A DNA stretch of 64,000 bases, taken from the NCBI GenBank assembly GCA_965205945.1, contig CBDBIB010000003.1, positions 96,001-160,000 of the forward strand, in the 5' to 3' direction. The translations under genes were made by a program, and so were the position numbers. The stretch is from Bdellovibrionales bacterium (GTDB taxonomy: Bacteria > Bdellovibrionota > Bdellovibrionia > Bdellovibrionales > UBA1609). Within the stretch, counting starts at the first letter, position 1, and each line of letters begins with the position of its first letter. This document shows positions 50,117-60,091 of this stretch, in pieces. A model generated the notes under the pieces. It saw only the letters and a program-made list of their open reading frames with translations, was not told where the DNA came from and did not search any database.

Positions 50117-51520
50117 ATGAAAATGTGTGAGCTTTTTTCTTTTTTAGACCCTAGTTTTAATCAAGAGGTCTTAGATCTTACTGCAGATACGCGCAAAATT
50201 AAAAAAGGAAGTGTGTTTTTCCTGCTTCCTAGGGCAAATACTAAATTTATTGAGTACTTTAAAAAGTCAAAAAAAAGCTTAGCGTTTATCCACAGCTGCC
50301 AAGAGTATAAAGATAAAGGAGTTTTTGTAGACAATATTGAAGAATTATATTTCTCATCTTTAAAAGTTTTTTATAAAGAGTCTATTGAAAAATTAAAGGT
50401 TTATGGAATTACGGGTACAAATGGGAAAACAACAACGGCATTTATGTTTCATAGCTTTCTTAAGCTTTATGGTGTTCCTACTGGTTTATACGGAACTATC
50501 CATAATAGGTTTAAAGATAATGTTTTAAAAACAGGTTTAACATCTCCTGTAGCCGAAGATTTTTATAGATTTAATAATGAAAATTTTAAAAAAGGAATGA
50601 GGGCTGTTATCTGTGAAGTTTCCTCTCATGCATTAGATCAAAAAAGATTAAGCACTCAGTTTTTAGATGGAGCTTCTTTTTTAAGTTTCTCACAAGATCA
50701 TCTAGATTATCACAAAACAATGAAAAGGTATTTAGAGGCAAAAGTAAAAATAACGACACAAGCTTTAAAGAAAAATGGTTTTTTTATACTCTCTAAAGAG
50801 GTTAAAAAACTTAAAATTTGGCCAAAAGAATTTATAAAACTAGGAGAAAAGTACAATTTTAAAATTTTAAAAAGAAGCGCGCATGGAACAAGGTTTATAT
50901 TCTTAAAAGAAGGCAATGCGTTGGAGGGAGAGATTCCTCTTTTAGGGGATTATAATATTTCAAACTTTTCCATGGCTTTAGCAATGCTTTGTGAGCACTT
51001 TGGTAAAGATTTTTTTCCTGATGAAAGGGTTTTTAAGGATTTTGTTCAGATTCCAGGTAGAATGCAGCGATTAGATATTAGTAAAGATTCATCAGTATTT
51101 ATAGATTACTGTCACACACCAGACTCTCTTAGGGAAGCTCTTAAAACATTAAAACTTTTTTTAAAAGATAAAAAAATAATTTCTGTATTCGGTTGTGGCG
51201 GGGATAGAGATAGGGCTAAGCGCTCACTTATGGGTAATGTTTCAAAATGTTTAGCAGATGTATCAATCATTACAAGTGATAACCCTAGAGAAGAGGATCC
51301 AAAAGTAATTGTCAAGGATATTTTAAAAGGTATAAATGGCAAGGTATTTGTCGAACTTAAAAGAGAGCTTGCTATTCAAAAAGCTTTAAAGCTTGGAATA
51401 AAAGAGCCTTGTTATATACTTATTGCAGGCAAAGGACATGAGAGAACTCAGGAGATAAAAGGTGTAAAAAGACATTTTTCAGATGTTGAAGAAGTTTTAA
51501 AGTTTATTAAAAACAATTAA
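50117..51520 (+). CDS. murE: UDP-MurNAc-tripeptide synthetase (DAP-type)
   Basis: GITGTNGKTT, EVSSH, DHLDYH, FGCGGDRD, DNPR, AGKGHE. Confidence 0.95.
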   Translation: MKMCELFSFLDPSFNQEVLDLTADTRKIKKGSVFFLLPRANTKFIEYFKKSKKSLAFIHSCQEYKDKGVFVDNIEELYFSSLKVFYKESIEKLKVYGITGTNGKTTTAFMFHSFLKLYGVPTGLYGTIHNRFKDNVLKTGLTSPVAEDFYRFNNENFKKGMRAVICEVSSHALDQKRLSTQFLDGASFLSFSQDHLDYHKTMKRYLEAKVKITTQALKKNGFFILSKEVKKLKIWPKEFIKLGEKYNFKILKRSAHGTRFIFLKEGNALEGEIPLLGDYNISNFSMALAMLCEHFGKDFFPDERVFKDFVQIPGRMQRLDISKDSSVFIDYCHTPDSLREALKTLKLFLKDKKIISVFGCGGDRDRAKRSLMGNVSKCLADVSIITSDNPREEDPKVIVKDILKGINGKVFVELKRELAIQKALKLGIKEPCYILIAGKGHERTQEIKGVKRHFSDVEEVLKFIKNN

Positions 51521-51536
51521 AAGTAAAGAGAGCTTA

Positions 51537-52889
51537 GTGAAAGTAAAATTTTTTGAAAATTTTTTTGGAATTAGTTTTAATTTAGTTATTAAAGAGTTTA
51601 GTCAGATTTCAACTGACACAAGAAGTCTTAAAAAAGGGGCTTTGTTTGTTGCGCTAAAAGGTAAGAATTTTGATGGAAATAAATTTGTAAGAGAGGCTTT
51701 TAGTAAAGGTGCTGTAGCTGCACTAACCTCAGATAAAAGTATAAAGGAAAAGGTTGTTGTTGTTAAAGATAGCCTTAAAAGTTTTCAAAAACTTTCAAAA
51801 GCTTGGCAGGATGAAGTAGCACCTTTGGTTATTGGGATAACAGGGTCAAATGGGAAAACTACATCTAAATTCTTTACAGTACAGATACTAGAAAGCTTTT
51901 TTAAAATTTGCTATTCTCCAAAAAGTTTTAACAACAAGCTTGGTGTTCCTATTGCACAATCTTTGTTAAAAGAGGGGGATCATATTTTAATTGCAGAAAT
52001 TGGGACAAGTGCAAAAGGCGAGATTTTAGAACTCACAGACTTAATAAAGCCTCATATAGGTGTTGTAACAACAGTGGGGCCGTCTCATTTAAAAGGTTTT
52101 GGGACCGTGGATAAGGTGGCTTTAGAAAAAAGTGATATTTATAAATCTAATAGAATGAAAAAAGGAATTTTTAATTTAGATACTAAATGGACTAAAAAAA
52201 TGTTTGAAAATTTTAATGGAGAAAGAATTAGTTTTTCAACTCTAGATTCAAATGCAGATATTTACTTAAAAGCGCATCAAAAAGATATTGATGAGTTGAA
52301 TTTGTCAGGAAAAATCTTTGATGAAGAGGTTGAGTTTAAATGTAATATCTTTGGAAAACATAATGTTTATAATTTAATGACAGCATTAGCTATTGGTGTG
52401 GCTTTAGGTATTAAAGTAAAAAAACTTATTCAAAAGATACCAAATATAAAGACTCCATGGGGAAGGTCTCAAGTTTTAAAAAATTCTTATGGTGGTAAGG
52501 TTTTATTTGATGGGTACAACTCAAACCCTCAAAGTATGGAGGCTTTATTTGATGGTGCTATAGATATTATAAAATCAGGAACGAGTGTGCACTTTATTCT
52601 TGGTGAGATGTTAGAGCTTGGAAAAGCTACACATCAAATGCATAAAGAGCTTGGAAAGAGAGTGGGGGAGTTAAAACCAAGTTCAATTTCATTTATAGGA
52701 GCATCGTTTAAGCAGTTTGAGGAGGGACTTAAGAATTCTAATTTTAATAATAACTTAATAATATCAAGTACTTACTCTGATTCCCTTGCAATTGCTATAC
52801 AAACTATGTTAGACCCTAGGCAGACAATTATTGTTAAAGGCTCTAGAGGTATGAAGCTTGAACGTTTTTTTAATATTCTTGGGCTTTAG
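51537..52889 (+). CDS. murF: UDP-MurNAc-pentapeptide synthetase
   Basis: GITGSNGKTT, FNNKLGVP, D.YNSNP.SM, GEMLELG, KGSRGMKLE. Confidence 0.95.
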   Translation: MKVKFFENFFGISFNLVIKEFSQISTDTRSLKKGALFVALKGKNFDGNKFVREAFSKGAVAALTSDKSIKEKVVVVKDSLKSFQKLSKAWQDEVAPLVIGITGSNGKTTSKFFTVQILESFFKICYSPKSFNNKLGVPIAQSLLKEGDHILIAEIGTSAKGEILELTDLIKPHIGVVTTVGPSHLKGFGTVDKVALEKSDIYKSNRMKKGIFNLDTKWTKKMFENFNGERISFSTLDSNADIYLKAHQKDIDELNLSGKIFDEEVEFKCNIFGKHNVYNLMTALAIGVALGIKVKKLIQKIPNIKTPWGRSQVLKNSYGGKVLFDGYNSNPQSMEALFDGAIDIIKSGTSVHFILGEMLELGKATHQMHKELGKRVGELKPSSISFIGASFKQFEEGLKNSNFNNNLIISSTYSDSLAIAIQTMLDPRQTIIVKGSRGMKLERFFNILGL

Positions 52890-52938
52890 GCTTTGTTAAA
52901 CAGTTTCTGGCTTATTATCTTATATTTGGGAGAATTTA

Positions 52939-54015
52939 GTGCTTTATAAATTTTTAGTTGAATGTTTATCTGATTTTCCAGGGTTTAATGTTTTTAGATA
53001 TGTTTCTTTTCGAACGTTTGTAACGTTTTTTTCCTCTTTTTTAATTTGTTGGTTTTGGGGCCCTGCTTTTATTAGAGGACTGATTAAAAATCAAACTGGT
53101 CAAACCATTAGAGAAGATGGGCCACAATCGCATTTAAAAAAGAATGGAACACCGACAATGGGTGGAAAATTAATCTTAGCAGGTGTTTTTACTCCCGCTA
53201 TTTTTTGGATGGACCTTATTAATCCTTTAGTTCAAGTTGCACTAGTGATCACACTTTTCTTTGGCTTAGTTGGTTTTTTTGATGATCATTTAAAAGTAGT
53301 TAGAAAGAATCCTAGAGGTCTTCCTGGAAAATTAAGGCTTTTAATTGAATTTACAGTAGTAGGTTTTGCGGTTTTATACTTATTTTCTACAGGAGCTGTA
53401 GATGGAATTTTGTATTTTCCATTTTTTAAAAATTTAAGTTTAAATTTAGGATGGTTTTATATTCCATTTGCATGTTTTGTCGTTGTAGGTACAGCTAATG
53501 CTGTGAATTTAACAGATGGTCTTGATGGTCTGGCAATCGTTCCAGTAATGGTTTCAGCATGTGCTTTTATGATTTTTTCATATGCAGCAGGGCATGTGAC
53601 AATAGCAGAGTACTTAATGATTCCAGCGGTTCCAGGAGCTAGTGAGCTTGTTCCTGTGTGTGCGGCAGTAGTTGCCTCTGGAATGGCTTTTTTATGGTTT
53701 AACTCATACCCAGCTCAAGTATTCATGGGGGATGTAGGAAGTTTAAGTCTTGGAGGCTTTTTAGGTGCCATGGCAGTTTTAACAAAAAATGAAATTTTAA
53801 TGATTTTATTAGGTGGAGTTTTTGTAGTAGAGGCGTTGTCTGTTATTACGCAAGTAGCTTCATTTAAACTTACAGGAAAAAAAATCTTTAAAATGACTCC
53901 AATTCATCATCACTTTGAGCTAAAAGGGCATGAAGAATCAAAGATTATAGTAAGATTTTGGATTATATCCATTTTATTAGCAATTTTAAGCATAGCAACA
54001 TTAAAATTAAGGTAG
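52939..54015 (+). CDS. mraY: Phospho-MurNAc-pentapeptide transferase
   Basis: [30 protein letters not shown]. Confidence 0.97.
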   Translation: MLYKFLVECLSDFPGFNVFRYVSFRTFVTFFSSFLICWFWGPAFIRGLIKNQTGQTIREDGPQSHLKKNGTPTMGGKLILAGVFTPAIFWMDLINPLVQVALVITLFFGLVGFFDDHLKVVRKNPRGLPGKLRLLIEFTVVGFAVLYLFSTGAVDGILYFPFFKNLSLNLGWFYIPFACFVVVGTANAVNLTDGLDGLAIVPVMVSACAFMIFSYAAGHVTIAEYLMIPAVPGASELVPVCAAVVASGMAFLWFNSYPAQVFMGDVGSLSLGGFLGAMAVLTKNEILMILLGGVFVVEALSVITQVASFKLTGKKIFKMTPIHHHFELKGHEESKIIVRFWIISILLAILSIATLKLR

Positions 54016-54034
54016 AGACTTGAGGTATTAGGAA

Positions 54035-55426
54035 ATGATTATTGAAAGAGTACAAGATTTAAAAGATAAAAAGATACTTATTGTAGGCTTAGGTATGACT
54101 GGGGTTGCAGCATCTAAGTTTTTAGTTTCTAAGGGAGCAAAGGTTGTTGTTAGTGACCATAAATCAAAGGCTGAGCTTGCAAATTATTTAGAGATTATGG
54201 TTGATATAAATGTAGAGTATGATCTTGGTGGACATTCACCAAAGTTGTTTTTAGAGCAAGATATTATCATGTTAAGCCCAGGGATTTCATCACAATTAAA
54301 AATTTTTGAATATGCTAGACAAAATGGAGTTCATGTTACGGGTGAATTTGAATTTATGACTCAGTTTATTACAAAACCAATTATTGCTTTAACAGGAACA
54401 AATGGAAAAACTACAACTATTTCTTTAATTGTTGAGATGTTAAAAGAATCAGGTAAGAAAGTTTGGGTAGGAGGGAATTACGGAAAGCCTGTTAGTGAAC
54501 TTCTTATGAAAGAGGAAGAAGCTGATATTGTAGTTTTAGAAGTTTCAAGTTTTATGCTTGAGCATGTTGTAAACTTTAATCCACAAAATATTGTTTTTAT
54601 GAATTTAGCTGAAAACCATTTAGATCGCCATAAAACAATGGAGGAGTATGTTTATGCAAAAAGAAAGATATTCCTTAACACAAATCAGACTACAACAAGC
54701 ATTTTAAATGCTGATGACAATGCTGTTGTTGAGCTTGCAAGAGATCCAGCTGTTCAACGTGGCAGAATATTTTATTTTTCAAGAAAGCTCTCATTAGAGC
54801 CACAGATTATGAATATAGGTGGCGCTATTAATATTCATGATGAAATCAAAGTAAGAACAGGTCCAGACATTGAAGTGTTTTCTGTAGCTAAAATTAAAAT
54901 GAAGGGGCAACACTCAATTGAAAATATTATGGCAGCAATTTTAGCTGTACGTGAACAAAATGGAACACATAAGGCTATTCAAAAGGTTATTGATACTTAT
55001 ACAGGACTACAACATAGAATTGAATATGTTCGTCGTGTAGGTGGGGTTTCATTTTACAATGACTCTAAAGCAACAAATGTTCATGCTGTTATTAGAGCTT
55101 TAAAATCTTTTGATGAAAATGTAATCTTAATTATGGGTGGTAAAGACACAGCCTTAAACTATATGCCTTTAAGAGATGAAATTAGAAAAAAAGTTAAAAC
55201 GTTAATTTTAGTTGGTGAAGCTAAAGAACGTATTAATAGGGATGTTGGAGATTATTCTGAAACTTTCTTAATAGGTACATTTGATGAAGCTGTTTATTTA
55301 GCATATTCAAAAAGTAGAATAGAAGATACTGTACTATTATCACCAGGTGCATCTAGCTTTGATATTTTTGATGATTACCGTGAAAGAGGGGAGCATTATA
55401 AAAATTTGGTAATGTTGTTTAAGTAG
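54035..55426 (+). CDS. murD: UDP-MurNAc-L-Ala:D-Glu ligase
   Basis: TGTNGKTT, EVSSF, HLDRH, NDSKATN, LSPGASSFD. Confidence 0.96.
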   Translation: MIIERVQDLKDKKILIVGLGMTGVAASKFLVSKGAKVVVSDHKSKAELANYLEIMVDINVEYDLGGHSPKLFLEQDIIMLSPGISSQLKIFEYARQNGVHVTGEFEFMTQFITKPIIALTGTNGKTTTISLIVEMLKESGKKVWVGGNYGKPVSELLMKEEEADIVVLEVSSFMLEHVVNFNPQNIVFMNLAENHLDRHKTMEEYVYAKRKIFLNTNQTTTSILNADDNAVVELARDPAVQRGRIFYFSRKLSLEPQIMNIGGAINIHDEIKVRTGPDIEVFSVAKIKMKGQHSIENIMAAILAVREQNGTHKAIQKVIDTYTGLQHRIEYVRRVGGVSFYNDSKATNVHAVIRALKSFDENVILIMGGKDTALNYMPLRDEIRKKVKTLILVGEAKERINRDVGDYSETFLIGTFDEAVYLAYSKSRIEDTVLLSPGASSFDIFDDYRERGEHYKNLVMLFK

Positions 55427-55437
55427 GGTTTATATTG

Positions 55438-55468
55438 ATTAAGTGATTTTTTTTAAAAATCACTTAAT
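55438..55468 (+). terminator. Hairpin after murD
   Basis: ATTAAGTGATTTTT...AAAAATCACTTAAT. Confidence 0.6.
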
Positions 55469-55647
55469 TCTTATTGAAAACTTTATGAAAACTAAATTCA
55501 TAGTAAATGATTTTTAGATGAACCTTAAAAAAAACCATCCTCACTTTAAATACAAATGAAAGAAGAAAAAAGAGTTTTATATTAAATCAAGCTTGTTTTT
55601 ATTTAATATGCGGCTTAATAAATTTAAATTTGTAGGAGGTAAATAAA

Positions 55648-56838
55648 ATGAAAAACCTGATATTAATACTGGTTTTATTATTTGCAAATCAAGTCTTAGC
55701 ATTAACAATAAAAAATCTTAAAAAACAATTAGATGTTATGGCTGAGGAATTTCAAAATTTAAAATTTGAAAATAAAGAAGATGAAAAAGAACTTAGTATT
55801 CAGAATAGAATTAGAGGAAATAAAACTACACAGGGCGGGTATGGAGAATTTATTTATACAGATGCAGAAAGTAAGCTTGAAGATGGAAGTGTAAATTCTA
55901 AAAAAAATCCTATATGGGATGCTCAAAGATTTATTTTATATATAGGCTATGATTTTTCATCTAAATGGAAGCTTTTTAGTGAAATTGAGATTGAGCATGC
56001 AAAAGAAATTTATCTAGAACAGGCATATCTTTCTTATCAACACTCAAAAAAAATTCAATTTAATATTGGTGTTTTATTAGTCCCAATCGGAATTACAAAC
56101 CTTTATCATGAGCCAACAACGTTCCTAGCTACACAAAGACCAACTGTTGAAAAAAAAATTATTCCAAGTACGTGGAGAGAGAATGGTGTTTCTTTAACGG
56201 GACAATATAAAAATTTAAGATATCAGTTTGCGGTATTTAATTCACTTGTTTCTAATGGTTTTTCAAGTGATGGTGTAAGAGAAGGTCGTCAAAAAGCAAG
56301 CCAAACTGATTCAAGTGGGCTGTCTTTTGTACAACAAACGGATTATTTATTAGATAATTACGGGTTTATAGGGTTTTCTGTATATCATGGTGATGTGAGT
56401 GATATAGATTTAAATGTGGATCAAACAATTTGGGATTTACATGCTAATTTAAAACATAAAGGCTTTCAAATGAGGGTCTTATATACAGAACTTTTTTTAA
56501 CTAATGTTGATGATTTAAACGCTAAGTTAAACAATATAAGATTAAATTCTGTGGCTAAGAAAATGTCAGGCTACTTTGTGGAGTTAGGATATAATGTGTT
56601 TAAAGGGTTTAGAGAAGATGAGTTGATTCCTTTTATAAGGTATGAATCTTTAGATACGCAAAAAAGTTTGAGTCAAGGGTTTGTTAAAGATCTTTTAAAA
56701 GATCAAGAAAATATTACAATTGGCTTAAATTACAAACCTTTAACAGGTTTGGTTTTTAAGGCAGACTATACAGTTGGTAAAAACAAAGCTAAAAAAGGTT
56801 ATAATACTTGGAACTTTGGAGCGGGATGGAACTTTTAA
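55648..56838 (+). CDS. Outer-membrane porin-like protein
   Basis: Signal peptide, coiled coil, GGYGE, RFILY.GY, EIEIEH, HEPT, IIPSTWRE.G, terminal W.F. Confidence 0.8.
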   Translation: MKNLILILVLLFANQVLALTIKNLKKQLDVMAEEFQNLKFENKEDEKELSIQNRIRGNKTTQGGYGEFIYTDAESKLEDGSVNSKKNPIWDAQRFILYIGYDFSSKWKLFSEIEIEHAKEIYLEQAYLSYQHSKKIQFNIGVLLVPIGITNLYHEPTTFLATQRPTVEKKIIPSTWRENGVSLTGQYKNLRYQFAVFNSLVSNGFSSDGVREGRQKASQTDSSGLSFVQQTDYLLDNYGFIGFSVYHGDVSDIDLNVDQTIWDLHANLKHKGFQMRVLYTELFLTNVDDLNAKLNNIRLNSVAKKMSGYFVELGYNVFKGFREDELIPFIRYESLDTQKSLSQGFVKDLLKDQENITIGLNYKPLTGLVFKADYTVGKNKAKKGYNTWNFGAGWNF

Positions 56839-57305
56839 TAAGTTTAATATTATTAACAACAAATGTAATAGCTGATGATAAAATCAGAAAACATGCTTTT
56901 TTTAATACTTTTCAAACTTGTGCAATAAATAAAAATATACTGTATTTATCTAAAAAACAAAAAAAAGACATTATTAAAAGAAATAACTTTCGTTCGGTGC
57001 CAGGCGTATTTAAAATGTATAATGTTTTATGCAAAGGAGTGAAATTAAAGGTTTTTTTATTATCAGATTTAGTTAGAACTCATTATCAAAAAGTTTTTAT
57101 TAGCGTAAAAAACTCTAAAATTGACAGTATTAAAATAGTTCAGTTTGCAGAACCTAAAAAATATAGCCCCCCAAAGGGTTTTATTAATAAATTCATAGGA
57201 AAATCAGATTTTTTAAATATAGATGGTTTGACTGGAGCAACACTGACAAGATCTTCTCTTTTAAGAATTTCAAAACTTGCTATAGAATTAGATAAAATAA
57301 AATGA
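56808..57305 (+). CDS. Exported FMN-binding-domain protein
   Basis: Flavinylation motif IDGLTGATLT. Start uncertain. Confidence 0.72.
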   Translation: MELWSGMELLISLILLTTNVIADDKIRKHAFFNTFQTCAINKNILYLSKKQKKDIIKRNNFRSVPGVFKMYNVLCKGVKLKVFLLSDLVRTHYQKVFISVKNSKIDSIKIVQFAEPKKYSPPKGFINKFIGKSDFLNIDGLTGATLTRSSLLRISKLAIELDKIK

Positions 57306-57715
57306 CTAAGAATGAAAAATTTTTTTTGTATTTGGGGCTTTGCCTTTGTTTTTTAACAGGAATGGGAATGTTGGTACTTAAAAGTTTTTTTCAAGTTGCA
57401 GATGAATTTGGTCAGCAAGAGCATTGGCTTATGAGTGATTTTAAAATGCTCCATTATATATTTTCACCATTGCTGATAGTTTCATTTGGAGTCTTGTGGC
57501 AAGGTCATATTTTAAAAGGGATAAGGAATAAAAAACGAAGAAAAAGACTATCAGGTTTTTTCATACTCCTTGCCATGATTGTGCTTGTATTAACAGGGCA
57601 AATGATGCTTTCCTTAGTAAGTCAGGATGTTAGTTATTGGGTTGGGTGGATTCACTTGGTCACAGGGGTACTGATTTTTGCGGGCATCTTAAAACATGCC
57701 TTTAAAAAATATTAG
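57302..57715 (+). CDS. Four-TM membrane protein with His residues (possible haem binding)
   Basis: Hydrophobic helices; LH, GH and WIH residues. Confidence 0.6.
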   Translation: MTKNEKFFLYLGLCLCFLTGMGMLVLKSFFQVADEFGQQEHWLMSDFKMLHYIFSPLLIVSFGVLWQGHILKGIRNKKRRKRLSGFFILLAMIVLVLTGQMMLSLVSQDVSYWVGWIHLVTGVLIFAGILKHAFKKY

Positions 57716-58380
57716 CTTAAAAAATCTCCAAGTTTATTTAATATGTCTATAGGGATTTCATGTTTACCCTGAAACCAGTTTTCATCTATAATAAGGCCTT
57801 TTTGAGTGAGTTTTTCAGATAAATCTTTGCCGCACTTAAAAGGAAGTACAGGGTCTTGCTTACCGTGACTTATAAATACTTTTTTAGGGCTATTTGAGTG
57901 TTCCCAATGGTTATTGCCAAGAGGAGCACCTGACAGAGCGATGAGCCCTGTATAATTATCTACATTAGACATAAAAATATTTGAAGCCATCATGGCTCCC
58001 TGGCTGAATCCTCCAACATAAATAGAATTTTTTAGATTAAGGCTCCAAATGGTGTCTTTAATAGCTTGAAGGCTTTTCCTATAATCTTTGCTATCTATTG
58101 AGTAAAATTTTTCTAACGTTTCAGCATTCATATTAGGGTTAAAGCTTAAAAGAGTGGGGTTAAACCAAGCTTTTCCTCCAAATATAGCAAGCTCTGGGGG
58201 GCTAAGAGGGGCTTCAATAAAATACCAGTTTAAATTAAGTTTTGAAATTTTAGGGACTTTACAGAGTCCTATAAGATCTTTTGCATTTGCACCATAACCA
58301 TGAAGCATGATAATGGAAGGGTTGTTTGGGCTATTTTTAATTTTATAGGTTGTAAGTTTGGTATTCATAACCTTGTCCAT
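57712..58380 (-). CDS. Phospholipase/carboxylesterase (alpha/beta hydrolase)
   Basis: LHGYGA, GFSQG, HGKQDPV, KHEI. Confidence 0.9.
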   Translation of the reverse strand: MDKVMNTKLTTYKIKNSPNNPSIIMLHGYGANAKDLIGLCKVPKISKLNLNWYFIEAPLSPPELAIFGGKAWFNPTLLSFNPNMNAETLEKFYSIDSKDYRKSLQAIKDTIWSLNLKNSIYVGGFSQGAMMASNIFMSNVDNYTGLIALSGAPLGNNHWEHSNSPKKVFISHGKQDPVLPFKCGKDLSEKLTQKGLIIDENWFQGKHEIPIDILNKLGDFLS

Positions 58381-59264
58381 TTTGAAGATGCTTTTTGGAT
58401 TCTATTTTTTAAACCAATCCAACTCTTGTCTACCCAATTAGGGTTAAAGTAAATGATAATATATTTTGCTTTACCATCACATTGTCTAAGATCATCATAA
58501 AAATTATGTGAGGATTTTTTTGCAGATTTATTTAAAAAAAGTTGAATTGAATCATTTTCTTTACTAAATTTGTTAAGAGATTTTTGAGAAGAAAAAACAT
58601 AAACAGGAGTGTCAGGTTGGTAGTGGTTTGATTCAGATCCTGGCATATGACTTTGTTCTTTATAAGAAATTTTTAAACCTAAAGCTTTCTCAATATCAGT
58701 GTTGGTAATCTGTCCAGGTCTTAAGATGGTTAGTGTATCCACGTCTAAGATTGCTGACTCTATTCCAATATCACAGCGGCCACCATCTAAAACATCAACT
58801 TGTGGAAGTGTTTTTAAGACATGTTGAGCGCTGGTAGGACTTGTTTTTTTAAATATGTTTGCGCTTGGTGCCGCTAGGCAAGACCCCACTTCTTTAATGA
58901 CTTTTTGAAATAAATCTGATTGAGGAATGCGGACAGCTACTGATTCTAAACCTGATGTTATAAGATCAGAAACAAAGTAGTTATTTTTTTTACAAACAAG
59001 AGTTAAAGGACCTGGCCAAAAAGTATGAGCTAGTTTTTTAAAAACAGGACTTGGATTTTTAAGAAGCTTAAGGGCCATTCTAAGGTCACAAGCATGTACA
59101 ATGAGAGGATCGCTTAAAGGTCTTTTTTTTATTTTAAAAATCTTTTTAAGAGCATCGGGTTGATTAATAGGGGCAGCTAATCCATAAACAGTTTCTGTAG
59201 GCAGGGCCACAGGGGTTCCAGATTTTAAAAGTTGTATAGCTTTTTTTAGAGTAACAAGTCCCAT
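58365..59264 (-). CDS. sua5: Threonylcarbamoyl-AMP synthase (Sua5/TsaC)
   Basis: PTETVYGLAA, KKRP..DPLIVH, FWPGPLT, APSAN. Confidence 0.92.
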   Translation of the reverse strand: MGLVTLKKAIQLLKSGTPVALPTETVYGLAAPINQPDALKKIFKIKKRPLSDPLIVHACDLRMALKLLKNPSPVFKKLAHTFWPGPLTLVCKKNNYFVSDLITSGLESVAVRIPQSDLFQKVIKEVGSCLAAPSANIFKKTSPTSAQHVLKTLPQVDVLDGGRCDIGIESAILDVDTLTILRPGQITNTDIEKALGLKISYKEQSHMPGSESNHYQPDTPVYVFSSQKSLNKFSKENDSIQLFLNKSAKKSSHNFYDDLRQCDGKAKYIIIYFNPNWVDKSWIGLKNRIQKASSKWTRL

Positions 59265-59292
59265 ATTATGTGCAATTAATCAGACTTGAATC

Positions 59293-59805
59293 TTGAAAGC
59301 AAGAGTTTATACTTTCTTTATGAAGATACTATGTGTATGTTTAGGAAATATATGTAGAAGCCCAACTGCTCAAGGCGTTTTAAAACATATGCTTAAAGGT
59401 AAAGGGGAGTTTTTTATAGATTCTGCAGGAACATCAGGGTGGCATGAGGGCGATCCGCCAGATGGGCGCTCTACATATCATGCTAGTCTTAGGGGCTATA
59501 AGCTTGAAGGAGCCTCAAGGGTTATAGTTGAAAAAGATTTTGAAAAATTTGATGTGATTTTAGCAATGGATCAAAAAAATCAATTTGATCTTAACCAGAT
59601 GTGCTCTTCACCATTGTATAAAACTAAAATAAAATTAATTACAGATTATTGTAAATTTCATGAGCAAGATAAAGTGAGTTTAGGCGTTCCAGATCCGTAT
59701 TATAAAGGAGAAAAGGGTTTTGCAATGGTTTTAGACATTATAGAAGATGCGTGTGCTACTTTAGTTGATAAATGGACCTCTTTAAAAGGAAGAGAAATAG
59801 TATAA
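59293..59805 (+). CDS. Low-molecular-weight protein-tyrosine phosphatase
   Basis: VCLGNICRSP, DSAGT, VPDPYY. Confidence 0.95.
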   Translation: MKARVYTFFMKILCVCLGNICRSPTAQGVLKHMLKGKGEFFIDSAGTSGWHEGDPPDGRSTYHASLRGYKLEGASRVIVEKDFEKFDVILAMDQKNQFDLNQMCSSPLYKTKIKLITDYCKFHEQDKVSLGVPDPYYKGEKGFAMVLDIIEDACATLVDKWTSLKGREIV

Positions 59806-60091
59806 AAGTCTATTAAATATTTTAATTTTTACCTTTTATAAAACTTTAAAATCTAGAAAAAAAGTTTTATTCTTTGATGAAATAAAAACTTCGTGTCAGG
59901 TTACAGGAGCACTTTAAAGTTTAGCTGTGTTAAAACTAAAGGTAATGTTTTTTATTATTAGGCAGACGCTAGATTAAAGAAAAGTTTAAAAATCTTACAT
60001 AAAGTTGTAAATCTTAAGGGTTATTAATAATTTTAAATATTTTATTGATTAAGTTTTAGTAGCTTTTAAAGGGCTAAACGTACTTTTGAAT

